Shown here: positions 10,344-21,400 of the stretch, in pieces
Position numbering within the stretch: position 1 is the stretch's first letter
How the letters are laid out: every line of letters starts with the position of its first letter
The notes under the pieces: model-generated
Seen by the model: the letters and a program-made list of their open reading frames with translations, nothing else
Database searches by the model: none
Told to the model about the DNA's origin: nothing
Source of the DNA: an uncultured Bacteroidota bacterium
Lineage (GTDB): Bacteria; Bacteroidota; Ignavibacteria; UBA10030; UBA6906
Length of the DNA: 64,000 nucleotides
Assembly: GCA_963700635.1 (NCBI GenBank)
Contig: CAVOYH010000003.1
Location: 1,408,001 to 1,472,000, forward strand
Direction of reading: 5' to 3'
Made by a program: the position numbers and the translations under genes

Positions 10344-10474
10344 TCCCCTCGTTTCTCGGGATGACGATAACGGTTTTGTTCATGCTTGCGGTAGGCAGAT
10401 TCGGCTCCGATGTAGGCGAGCAGAAGAATGCCAGCCGTCAGAAGAGCACTCCAGAAAATAATGTCGGTCCACAT
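10340..10474 (-). CDS. Small single-TM hypothetical protein (44 aa) heading the exporter operon
   Basis: MWTDIIFWSALLTAGILLLAYIGAES...; GGAG RBS at 10481-10484; stop overlaps the TetR start (ATGA). Confidence 0.5.
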   Translation of the reverse strand: MWTDIIFWSALLTAGILLLAYIGAESAYRKHEQNRYRHPEKRGE

Positions 10475-10515
10475 GATGATCTCCAGTAGTCTTGTTCCTG
10501 TTCTGATACACTTCA

Positions 10516-10532
10516 TCCACATTACGTGCCAG
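10516..10532 (-). promoter_or_regulatory. Candidate sigma54 (-24/-12) promoter for the exporter operon
   Basis: Minus strand CTGGCACGTAATGTGGA: perfect -24 (TGGCACG), but -12 is GTGGA rather than TTGCW. Confidence 0.35.
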
Positions 10533-10650
10533 TAAAAATACCGCTCTCACGTGCAGAATATTGCGCCGACGAACCGCCGGGTGTGAAGAAAATCTGCGCG
10601 GGGTGTGATCCGGAAGTTCTGTATCTGATTGATTGAAGGGAGGTTAGAGG

Positions 10651-10667
10651 TGTACAAAAAAAGTGCA
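10651..10667. promoter_or_regulatory. Candidate bEBP (NtrC-type) upstream activating sequence
   Basis: TGTAC-AAAAAAA-GTGCA matches TGCAC-N7-GTGCA spacing, about 120 bp upstream of the sigma54-like site and next to a bEBP gene. Confidence 0.45.
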
Positions 10668-10821
10668 CACACGATGGACGTCGGAGAGGGCATGACAGCT
10701 GCGAATATCAAGCTGCCGGGGATGGTTTGCGGGATGGTCTGTGTCCTGCAAACGGCAAAGACCTGCTTCTGTCAGAAGGAAGGGGGTTTCAGTCTGTTAA
10801 TGGGAGAGAAGAACCCCGGTC

Positions 10822-12231
10822 TCACTCCGGGTCTGAGGGAGATTCTACCTTCAGTCCAAGGGCCTTGAGCCGTGCGTGGAGCAGCCGTCGATCCATACCA
10901 CTTGTCCGCGCAGTTTGAGAAATATTCCAGCCGTTCTCCCGTAGCCGCTCCAGAAGATAGTTCCGTTCAAGCTCTTTCACGAACCGATCCTTGAACTTCC
11001 TCTTGGCGGAAAGGAAATCCTGATAATCAACCGGCAGTGCATCTTCCCCGCCGGGAGTTCCAAGATGAAGATCCGCCGGAAGATCTTCGATGGTAACATA
11101 TTCGCCCCGGGCAGCCACCATTGAGCGGATCACCACATTATCCAGCTCGCGCACATTCCCGGGCCAGGAGTGTGACTTCAGGTGGATTACCGCGCGTTCG
11201 TCAAATCCTTTCAACTCCTTCCCGACAGCCTGACCGTGTTTCTGTATGAAGTGTTGCGCGAGGAGGGGGATGTCTTCGGGACGTTCTCGCAGTGCCGGGA
11301 GAGAAATATTCACAACGTTCAGGCGATAATACAGATCGCTCCGGAACCGTTTGGCTTCAACCTCCTGGCGCATTCGGCGGTTTGTCGCGGCGATGATCCT
11401 GACGTCAAGCAGAATCCGTTCGCTCCCGCCGACGCGTACAATCGCGTGTTCCTCCAGAGCACGAAGGAGCTTCACCTGAAGGTCGACCGGCAATTCCCCC
11501 ACTTCGTCAAGAAATAACGTGCCGCCGTTTGCCTGTTCAAATTTTCCGGGTCTCTGGGCTGTAGCCCCGGTGAAAGCACCCCGTTCGCTGCCGAAGAATT
11601 CGCTCTCGAGCAGTTCGCGCGGGATCGCGGCGCAGTTGACTGCGACAAATGACCCGTTGGCCCGCGTACTGAGATCATGGAGAGATCTGGCAACGAGTTC
11701 TTTTCCCGTTCCCGTTTCACCTTCAATCAGGACGGCAAAATTTGTTGGGGCAATCTGGCGGATCGATTCCAGGATTTCCTGCATCTTCGGGCTTGCGGTG
11801 ACGATAGCGCTGACCCCCTGCAACGACTGAAGCGTTGCCCGGAGCCGTTGATTCTCCCGGACCAGCAGAATATGCTGGCTCGCGCGGCCGATGGCCAGAT
11901 CCAGATGGTCAAGATTTACGGGCTTGACGATGTAATCGAATGCGCCCTCTTTCATCATGGCGACGGCATTCTCAATTGTTCCGAATGCAGTCATGATAAT
12001 AACCGGGACACCGTGTCCCTGTTCCCGCACCTCGGCCAGAATTGCCGCGCCGCCGACATCCGGCATTTTGAGATCCGTGAGGACAATGTCAATCCGGCCG
12101 GACCGAAGATATTCCAGTGCTTTTTGTCCGGACTCTGCGAGCAGAATGGTGTGTTTATTCCCCAGGGAGATCTCCATAAGGCGCCTGGTTTTTTCTTCAT
12201 CGTCCGCGACGAGAAGGGTGAGATTATTCAT
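10822..12231 (-). CDS. Sigma54-dependent response regulator (NtrC/AtoC family)
   Basis: Receiver (ADDE, TDLKMP, KP), AAA+ GETGTGKE, GAFTGA, FLDEVG, WPGNVREL, C-terminal Fis HTH. Confidence 0.95.
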   Translation of the reverse strand: MNNLTLLVADDEEKTRRLMEISLGNKHTILLAESGQKALEYLRSGRIDIVLTDLKMPDVGGAAILAEVREQGHGVPVIIMTAFGTIENAVAMMKEGAFDYIVKPVNLDHLDLAIGRASQHILLVRENQRLRATLQSLQGVSAIVTASPKMQEILESIRQIAPTNFAVLIEGETGTGKELVARSLHDLSTRANGSFVAVNCAAIPRELLESEFFGSERGAFTGATAQRPGKFEQANGGTLFLDEVGELPVDLQVKLLRALEEHAIVRVGGSERILLDVRIIAATNRRMRQEVEAKRFRSDLYYRLNVVNISLPALRERPEDIPLLAQHFIQKHGQAVGKELKGFDERAVIHLKSHSWPGNVRELDNVVIRSMVAARGEYVTIEDLPADLHLGTPGGEDALPVDYQDFLSAKRKFKDRFVKELERNYLLERLRENGWNISQTARTSGMDRRLLHARLKALGLKVESPSDPE

Positions 12232-14315
12232 CGTGTTTCACCCTGGATTGGTAGATCGATAATAAACGTTGTTCCGGAAGGGGAACTGGTAAACGTGACG
12301 GTCCCATGAAGTCGTTCCACCATCGTGTACACGATGGGGAGCCCTAACCCGGTGCCAGTCGGCTTTGTCGTAAAAAAGGGATCGAACAATCTGGATTGAT
12401 GATCGGGAGAAATGCCGCCTCCCGTATCACGCACCTCGAGGAGCAGTCTTCCATCTGTTTTTCGCCTGGCAGCGAAGAACAGATCTCCGCCCGAGGGCAT
12501 CGCCTCAATGGCATTGAGGCCGAGGTTCGTGAGTATCCTGTGCAGGTGATCGGGAGAGCTCATGAGCCACTCGGCGCCGTCCTCCACGGATGTCCGCAAC
12601 GAAATCATCCCACCGGATATTCGAGCTTGAAGGTGTTCTCCGACACTCTTGAAGATGTCCCCTATGTGGACACGTTCCCAGACCGGCGAGTGCGGTTTGG
12701 CGAATTCAAGGAACGCGTCGATGGTTCGGGCGAGGCGGTCTGTTTCCTCTGTTATATAGCGGGCAGTTTCACGGTGTAACTCTTCCTCCCCGGGGCGTCG
12801 GATGATAAGTTGAGCCGACGTTGCTATGATATTGAGAGGATTACGGAATTCGTGGGCGATGCCCGCGGTGAGTCGGCCCAGTGCAGCGAGTTTTTCCATC
12901 TGCGCCGTACGCACCTCTTCTCTGCGCATCTTCGCCATGAGCAGATTCCGCTCGAGCGCGATTGCCACCTCATTCGCAAAGATAGAGAAGAATTCCACCT
13001 CATCCAGCGTATAGGTTTTCGCTGCCGCGGGTCGGCCGATAAGAAGGACTCCGGTGGGATCCTTCTCTCCAAGAAGGGGCAGGATATATCCTCCCCGAAA
13101 GGCGGCGAGAAGCGTCTGCTCCTCTCCAGAGCAGACGGGAATCAATGCGCTCACTTCATGTGCCTTCTCTTCCTGTTTCACGATTCGCCCCAGACATCCA
13201 TCTGCCGAAACCTGCCGCGCGGGTGAAAGAATTCCGGTGAACCGTTGAGAGTCGTCCGCAAGCAGCATCACCTCAGCGTCTGTTGCAAAGAGGGTGTCCC
13301 TGAGGAATGCGGTAACGGCAAGGGAAAGACTGGAGACGTTCGTTATTGCAAACGCTTCACGCGTGAATCGGATGAACCTCTGCCGGTACCGGAATAGATG
13401 CTTGTAGAAAAGCTGTTCAGTGAGCCTCTGGACCTGGACAATAAGCGGCCTGAAGAAGAGGGCCAGGAGCAGAATCAACAACGCTTCGACGACGAATGAC
13501 CGGACGCCGATCTGGCGGCCAACCACGTCGGCCACGTTCGTAATGATGATCACATAAAACCCGAGAATCGTCCCGGTCACCAGTGAATAAACCAATCCTT
13601 GCTTCCCCAACTGCCGCAGGACAAATAGGCGGCTCCCCAGGACGACATAGGCGAAAAACAGGCTGATGAGAAGCAGGAGCACTCTCGACGCGTAAAAATG
13701 AAGCTTCTCGGTAGTATGCAATACATCCAGCACGACAATGAATGCCGCGAACACGATCGTCCCGAGAAGAAGATGGACGATCTTGAGGAGTTCACCCCTG
13801 ACCCGGGAACCTCGAACCTGCGTGATCAGATTTCCCAATGCCCAGGCAAGATACACGAAGATCAGCGCATACATAACGCCGTTCCATGGTCCTCCGTACA
13901 GACTTACAACATAAGAATAGACATCGGTGTCGGCTAATCGGCGAATCTCAAGCGGATGGAACCATTGGAGGGCGAGTGGAATGACCAGAGTGACCGGCGG
14001 GATGAGAAACATCAGACGAACGGGCCATCGGCCGAAGGTCGATTTTATCTCCCGGGGGAAAGAGAATGAGAGAATGAGGTTAAACGTTGTGGAAAACAAC
14101 AAGCCCGCACCGATAACAGCGCCAGCGGCCGACGCGGCGTCAGGTGTTCGGCTGTTCACCATGGCGATATCCGCTGCATTCAGGAGGGCGAAACATCCGA
14201 TAAGGAGGGCAAAGAGCCGATGTGTCCGGCTCTTCGGGTCATTCAGAATCAGAATGACCACAAGTGATACATTTATCGCAAACGCGAAAAAAGCGGGAAG
14301 CGAGTAAATGGACAC
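12228..14315 (-). CDS. Sensor histidine kinase with N-terminal multi-TM region and GAF-like domain (PrsK-like architecture)
   Basis: About 9 TM helices, GAF-like segment, H-box AHEFRNPL, N-box NLGLNAIEAM, G-boxes DTGGG/FTTK/GTGLGL; GTG 14315 is the inferred start (the ORF track extends to 14612). Confidence 0.88.
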   Translation of the reverse strand: MSIYSLPAFFAFAINVSLVVILILNDPKSRTHRLFALLIGCFALLNAADIAMVNSRTPDAASAAGAVIGAGLLFSTTFNLILSFSFPREIKSTFGRWPVRLMFLIPPVTLVIPLALQWFHPLEIRRLADTDVYSYVVSLYGGPWNGVMYALIFVYLAWALGNLITQVRGSRVRGELLKIVHLLLGTIVFAAFIVVLDVLHTTEKLHFYASRVLLLLISLFFAYVVLGSRLFVLRQLGKQGLVYSLVTGTILGFYVIIITNVADVVGRQIGVRSFVVEALLILLLALFFRPLIVQVQRLTEQLFYKHLFRYRQRFIRFTREAFAITNVSSLSLAVTAFLRDTLFATDAEVMLLADDSQRFTGILSPARQVSADGCLGRIVKQEEKAHEVSALIPVCSGEEQTLLAAFRGGYILPLLGEKDPTGVLLIGRPAAAKTYTLDEVEFFSIFANEVAIALERNLLMAKMRREEVRTAQMEKLAALGRLTAGIAHEFRNPLNIIATSAQLIIRRPGEEELHRETARYITEETDRLARTIDAFLEFAKPHSPVWERVHIGDIFKSVGEHLQARISGGMISLRTSVEDGAEWLMSSPDHLHRILTNLGLNAIEAMPSGGDLFFAARRKTDGRLLLEVRDTGGGISPDHQSRLFDPFFTTKPTGTGLGLPIVYTMVERLHGTVTFTSSPSGTTFIIDLPIQGETR

Positions 14316-14806
14316 GGTAGATAGTCCGAATGGAAAAAAGAGAGAGTACCAGATGATACTGTTCTTCTTTTCGAGAGTCAACGATGATAGATATCCCCCC
14401 TCAGGTGTACACTGTTCAACAATCCACCATTTCGGACCCGAATGAAGATCAGCCCCTGCCTTGTCAATCCGCCAGCAACGCCTCTTTGCCAGACTTCTGC
14501 CAGCGCAAGCTCCGTCCATCCCTTTTGCTGATTCTGGGAGTGCACTGGTCTTACAAGGGCTCTTCTCCCCGATCAGATATGCTGGAATTCGGCGTACAAT
14601 GGGGATATTCACACGCGCATGACAGAGATATGCACAAAAATGGCAAACAAAAGCTCAAGGAAGTCAAGAAATCCACCCGCCATTAGGCTACCATGAATGT
14701 ACAAACATGCACCAGTTCTTTGGCGGCGTTCATCATGAGCCCGCCTGTGTGGCGTTCACGCCCCTCTCTCTATGGGTAAACCCTCAAACTTTAGGAGAAA
14801 CTCCTG

Positions 14807-15325
14807 ATGCAAACCCCATTGCGGCAATTCAGCATTCTCGTCGGTACCGGCATACTGCTCCTGGCGGCTGCCCCTTTCACCGGGGTGTTCGCACAGGTGA
14901 AGAGCGTGCCAACTGATGAGCTCGCCCGACGCGCCGAGGTCGTTGCGGTCGGCAAAGTTACCGGAGTCCAGTCAGAATGGAATGCGGACCAGACAATGAT
15001 CCGGACCCGCGTGACGGTTTCCGTTGATGAATTTGTCAAAGGAAACGAGCCTGGAGGCACGCTGACACTGTATGTGCCCGGGGGGGAAATCGGCACGGTG
15101 GGAGAAATGTACAGCCATACCCCGAAATTTAAGGGCAAGGAAGAAGTTGTTGTCTTTGCAGCGAAGAACTTCCAGGGCATCTATAATGTCTCGGGGGGAT
15201 CGGAAGGGAAGTTCTCCGTGAGGCGCGACGAAACCACGGGGAACCGGATGGTGACAGAAACAATGAGCCTTGAGCAACTGAAGAATGAAGTCCGGGCTGC
15301 GTCGTTGGAATACAAGGGAGATTAA
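14807..15325 (+). CDS. Secreted hypothetical protein, OB-fold/TIMP-like partner of the downstream protease
   Basis: AGGAG RBS, signal peptide ending VFA-Q; ELARRAEVVAVGKV...VPGGEIG...F..GKEEVVVF pattern. Confidence 0.75.
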   Translation: MQTPLRQFSILVGTGILLLAAAPFTGVFAQVKSVPTDELARRAEVVAVGKVTGVQSEWNADQTMIRTRVTVSVDEFVKGNEPGGTLTLYVPGGEIGTVGEMYSHTPKFKGKEEVVVFAAKNFQGIYNVSGGSEGKFSVRRDETTGNRMVTETMSLEQLKNEVRAASLEYKGD

Positions 15326-15446
15326 CGCTCCAGCCGTCGACTTGACGGAATGGGCCCATGACGAAGTCAGATCCCGATCAATGTGGTAATTTCAGATCGC
15401 TGCATCGTTCCTTGTCAAACAAAAAATCTATTCTCCGGGAGTTCTC

Positions 15447-18400
15447 ATGAAGAAACGTATTTTCTTTTTTACCCTTTTTAGCGTACTCATTCCTGCCGTT
15501 GCACTTGCGGCGACCTTCACTGTCACCAATACGAATGACTGGGGGGTAGGTTCTCTCCGCCAGGCCATTCTTGACGCCAATGCTGCCGCCGGGACGGATA
15601 ATATTACATTCGCCATTCCCGGTGCAGGTGTTCAGACCATAACCCTTGTCACCCCACTCCCTCAAGTGCTGGGCCAGACTGTGATCGACGGCTACACCCA
15701 GCCGGGTTCGTCTGCCAACTCCCTGACGGTGGGCAATAATGCAGTGATCCTGATCGAGATCAATGGGAACGGGACCGCCGGCGATGGAGTTCTGGATATC
15801 CGAGGTGGGAACAGCATCATTCGCGGGCTTGTGGTGAACCGCGGCAATACGGCGGGGATCTCGCTTGGAAGCGACAACAACACCCTGGAGGGGTGTTTTA
15901 TCGGAACGGACGCAACTGGAACGATTGATCTGGGGAATTCATCCGATGGTGTGTTCATTGCGAACTATCTCGCCACCGGGAATTTTAATCACATCGGCGG
16001 TCCGACCCCGGCCGCCCGCAACGTCATTTCAGGGAACGGCAGAAGAGGGATGACGTTTGATCAGACCTCCAATGCGACGGTTGAGAACAACTACATCGGG
16101 ACGAACGCGGCAGGAACCGGGGCCCTTGGAAACGACGACGCCGGCATCGTGGCGTTTGTATACGGTGGGCACACGATTGGCGGACCCACCGGAGGATCCC
16201 GCAACGTCATCTCAGGAAATGCCACCGATGGTATTGTCGTGCAGGCTCCCTCTAACACAATTCAGAACAACTACATCGGTACGAATGCCACTGGCAGCGC
16301 CGGGCTCGGCAATGGCGCGAATGGCATCCACCTCGTGAGCGGCGCGTTAGGCGGATCCGGGTGGTCCATTGCGTATCATTCCGACAACAATGTTGTCGGC
16401 GGAGTCGGAATGGGAAACGTCGTCTCGGGAAATGGTAATGTTGGCATATACGTCCATAACGATGGTTCCGCTCCTGATGGTAATATCATCCGCGGAAACC
16501 GTGTCGGGACGAGGGCAGACGGAACTGCCGCACTGCCCAACAGCAGAGGCATTTTTCTCGGCACCCCGATCAACACGATTATCGGTGGAACGAACGCCGG
16601 CGAGGGAAACCTGGTTTCCGGGAACCTGTATGACGGGATCTACGTAACGGGCAGCAACGCTGTCATTCAGGGAAACAAAATCGGTACGGATCTTTCGGGT
16701 CTTGCCTCCATACCGAATGGCACTGCCGGTGCGGGGTTCCAGTACTCTGGCATATTCATGGACGTGCCCTGCTCGGGAACGACAATCGGAGGATCTTCTG
16801 CCTCTGCGCGGAACATCATTTCGGGAAACAAGGGTGATGCCATCGCGATGTGGGGAGCGGTCGATCAGGTCAGTATCCTCGGTAACTACATCGGCGTGCA
16901 AGCTGACGGAACAGGGCCTCTTGGCAATTTCGCCAATGCCAACCAGCTGGACGCCGCTGCCGGGATCTCACTCAGGAACTACCCGACGAACATCACTATT
17001 GGCGGGCTGGGAGCCGGCGAAGGGAACATCATCGCCAACAACCATACCGAAGGGGTCGTGGTGTATTCCGGGTCAGGGGTAAGCGTGCTCGGGAACGTCG
17101 TCCATCACAACAACTTCGGGGCATACACGTTTAACTCGAACACCTTCTCTCCAATCCGCGCTGGAGGATTGTTCATAGCGAATCAGAACGCGGCGGTCAT
17201 AAAGGGAAACAGGGTCCATGAAAATTACGGCCACGGTCTTGTCCTGTACTACAGCAGCAATTCCGCCGTCGGAGGGATCGCAGCGAACGAGAGGAATGTT
17301 TTTTCTGGAAATGGCGCGGGACCTGCCCTTCTGGGACAGGGTGCTCACGGGCTTGCCCTCACGGGCGTATCGACGAACAACAATGTTATTGGCAACTATA
17401 TCGGCACGGATGAAACAGGTCTCGCGGCGTGGCCTAATTCCGGGGACGGCATTGAAGTTTTTTCCGGTCCACTAAACAACACGTTTGAGCAGAACGTTAT
17501 CTCCGGAAACGCCTGGACTGGTATCGCGTTCCTGGCGGCCGGGGGAGACGAAACGGTCGGCAACGTCGTACGCGGGAATTTTATCGGGGTCAGCGCCAAC
17601 GGCTCAACTGCCCTGGGGAATGTCGGCGGAACCGGTGTGTATCTCGGACCGGGGGCTGAGTACAACACTGTCGGCGGAACAGGTGTCGGGCAGGGCAACA
17701 CGATCTCCTACAACGGATATGTCGGCATCTTCCTTGACGGCGCGGTCTCATTCAACACGATTCAAGGGAACCAGATTACTTATAACGGTCAGCCGAATCC
17801 TCCCGTCAATGAAATTGGGACGGGGGTGTATGTCGCCGGCGATGCCGTCGACAACGTTATCGGTGGCCAGGTGGCCGGAGCAGGAAACGTGATATCGTCC
17901 AATGCGGGCGATGGCGTTCGTTTCGCCACAAGAACGGTGGACAATGACGGAATCATCACAGAATACATCCCGATCCGCAATGCGATATTCGGGAATTCAA
18001 TTTTTGCCAACGGCGGATTGGGCATCGATCTCGGCGGTGATGGTGTGGGGAATTCTTCAGGGGTGAACAGCGGACAGCTCGCGCCGGTACTCAACTCCGC
18101 GCAGCTGGAGCTGGGCACCATACAGGGGAGCCTCCAGGGGACGCCCAACACGACATACGGGCCGAGTTCTTCTCCAATACGGGGGGCGATCTGGCTGAGG
18201 GCCAGTTTTTCCTCGGCTCCGCACCCATCCCTACGAACGCACTGGGCAATGCCTCGTTTTCCGTGGCCCTCCCCGGCCTGGCTGCGGGGACGTATCTTAC
18301 CGCTACCTCGACTGATCCCAACAACAACAGTTCGGAATTTTCGGGTGCAGTTGGCGTGGGTGAACTGACCAAACACTACGGCGACCACTTTGTCGTTAAC

Positions 18401-21400
18401 ACGACACTGGCCGGCGTTCCGCTGCACTGGCGCGGAGGAAGTGCGACGTACCACATTTCGAGCACCGTACCCACAACCACGGATAATTTTGTCGGTGCAA
18501 TCCAGCAGGCATTTGCAGCATGGACGCTTGCCCCGCCGGCGAACTTCACCGAAAACACGCTGGTTGATCCTGACTATCATGTGTTCGCCGGCAACGTCGA
18601 CGGCGTCAACAACATCGTGTATGTCAGTCCGGATAACGCGACACTGTGGCCGGGTAGCGCCACATCCGACGCATGGACCGCAGCAACCGGCGGAGCCGAT
18701 CCGAACGTGATCGCACTGACAAGGGTGCGCTACAACACCCTGAACGGTGAGATTACGGATGCTGACATCGCCATCAATGCCGTCAATCCGCTCTTTCAAT
18801 ACAAAACCGACGGCTCAACACTCGGTTTTCTGGATCTGCAGAATGTGATCACCCATGAGGCGGGCCACTTCGGCGGAATGGGAGACATTTACAATCTTGG
18901 CGATGCCCCGTATGTCGCCGAAATGGGTTCGGGTAATGAGAATGTTGCCATGTACGGCATTATCAAAGGATCCTCGGTCACGGGTGTCGTTGAAACGAAA
19001 AAGCGTGTCATTCAGGCCCCTGATAAGGCGGGCATCAGTTTTATCTACGGCAGCCTGCCACCGTCAGGAATTGATGTCGTCATTCTTATTGACGGCTCGA
19101 CCACGTTTTCGTCAACCTATAACGCGTTCTCCCCCTCATTGAAGGGTGCACGGAACCTCGTTCTGAACATGAGGGACGGTGACCGGGTGGGCATTGTGAA
19201 ACTCCCAAGCACCACCGTTCTGGGCCTGACGCCTGTGAACACCGGGAAGAATGCAGTTCTGGCGGCATTGACCGGACTGACGGTCGGGGGAACAAGCGGG
19301 ATCGGACAGGGACTGCAGGTTGCAAGCGGACTCCTGACCGGTGCAACCCAGACTACGAATCAAAGGGCGATGCTCCTTTTTAGTGCGGGCGAAGAAACCG
19401 GTACGCCGGGAGCTCTGAGTCCGGGTGTGCTTTCGACGGTGCAAGCTGCAGGAGCGCAGGTGTATACCATGGGCTTCACCGGGAGTTTCGGGCAGGCGCT
19501 GGGAGCCAACCTTGCGCAATATTCTGGTGGAGGGTATTATATCGCCAGCGATCCCGGTGCACCGGGTGGCATCGCTACTTCCGATGCGATGATGATCAAC
19601 GTTGTGGATCAGATGTGGACACGACTTTCCGGCCTTCATCTGACGTATCAAGACTCCATCCCTTCAGGTTCCTTTGAGTACGGGAACGGGTTTGTGAGTG
19701 GCCAGCCGGGCTTTGTGAGTGGCCAGCCCGGGTTTGTCACCGGCCAGCCGGGTATCATCACCGGTCAACCCGGCTTTGTAAGCGGTCAACCGGGCTTTGT
19801 GTCCGGTCAGCCGGGTATTGTGAGCGGTCAACCCGGCTTTGTGAGCGGTCAACCCGGCTTTGTGAGCGGTCAGCCTGGCTTTGTGAGCGGTCAGCCGGCA
19901 ATTGTGGACGAGGGGACCACGATTATTGTCCCTGCGGCTACTGTCGGCGGTGCGTCTGTGCCATTGGGCAAGGCGAACGCAACGACCGCTGTTGGAGACT
20001 CGAAGGTCCAGTTGGGATTGATTGTCCCGGGCGGAGCATATCCTGATCCGGCAACGGCGCCCTCACAGTTCGTCGATGGGGGTTCCGGCCAGATTATCAT
20101 CTCCCCATACTATCTGTTCTATGTCTGGGGTGTCATTCTGCCGGAGAGTATTCCGTTTATCAAACAGAGGCCTTCCGAGTTCTTCTCTGATATCAGCTAC
20201 GTTCAGGGGGACAAGTTCGCCTACTATGTCATCAAGAACCCCAAAAAGGGGATGTGGAGTCTGATCACCGCGGGCGATCCTCAGAATGATCTGACTGCCC
20301 CGGTTACCGTTGCGCTCACCGTTACTGCCATCCGAGATGTAAACATGAGCGTCACGTTTGACAGGTCCTCGTACCAGCTCGGTAACTCGGTCACGGTCTC
20401 TGCGGTGCTCAAGGACGGGCGCGGCAACGGAAACCAGGCGGTTGATGAGTACGGCGGAGGAAATCCCGGCGGCTCAACAGGCGGAGGCCCGGTTACGAAT
20501 GCGACTGTTCAAGCGGTTGTGACACCTCCCGGAGGCGGCTCGTCGGAAACGATCGCCATGACACACATGGGCGGCGGGGTCTATACGGGTTCCTTTACGA
20601 ACACGGCGTTTGCCGGATCGTATGACTTCAGCGTCACAGCAACAGGTGTTCTGGTCGGTCAGACCGAACCCTACACCCGCAACTATAAGCAGTCGGTGCA
20701 TGTCGCGACTCCATTCAGCTGGAATACCGTCATGCTCGCCACGAACAGCGCCGTTATTGGAGAGAAGTCCACGATCCATTCGGGGAGCATCGTCGTGAAC
20801 AACCAGCGGTCAGCATCGCCGGATCCGCTCCTGCCTGAACTCACCATCGGAGAAAAAGCGTCAACGCCCGAAAATTACAAGGTTGCGGCATCGCGCATAC
20901 TGATCCGTGACAAGGCAAGTATTGGTGGCGACGTCTTCTACAATTCACTCACGAACGGTGGTACCATAAGTGGCACGGAACAGGCGCCACTGTCGTTACC
21001 GGTTGTGCGCACATTGCCTCCATTCGAAACGGCGACCGTAGGAACGAACAACCTCACCGTGGCTGAGAAAAAAGTGACCACGATTAGTCCGGGTAACTAT
21101 GGCAACGTCGTGGTACAATCCAAGGCAAGCCTCGTATTTTCCAATGGCGGCGTCTACAACTTCAAGACACTCTGGGTGAAAGAAAAAGCGAAACTTGTGT
21201 TCAACGGTCCGACACATGTCAGGGTCCTCCTCGCCGTAAGAGCAGACGAAGCTTCGTATGTCGGACCGGCACAGGGTACGACGTTTGATCCGGCGGGTAT
21301 AGTGATCTATGTAGGAGGAACGGGTTCAGGCAGCGATTTTGCGTCATCGGTAATGGCAGGTGAGAAGACCGCGCTGTTTGCGAACTTCTATGCACCGAAC

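Noticed and set aside
14316-14612. Extended N-termini from the ORF track (kinase to 14612; likewise 27990, 27780, 41302, 49804, 3369)
   Set aside because: The extensions look non-coding, and downstream starts have better RBS, signal-peptide or overlap support
19688-19897. 21-nt repeat array as a CRISPR array
   Set aside because: No spacers, in-frame coding with synonymous variation, and no cas genes
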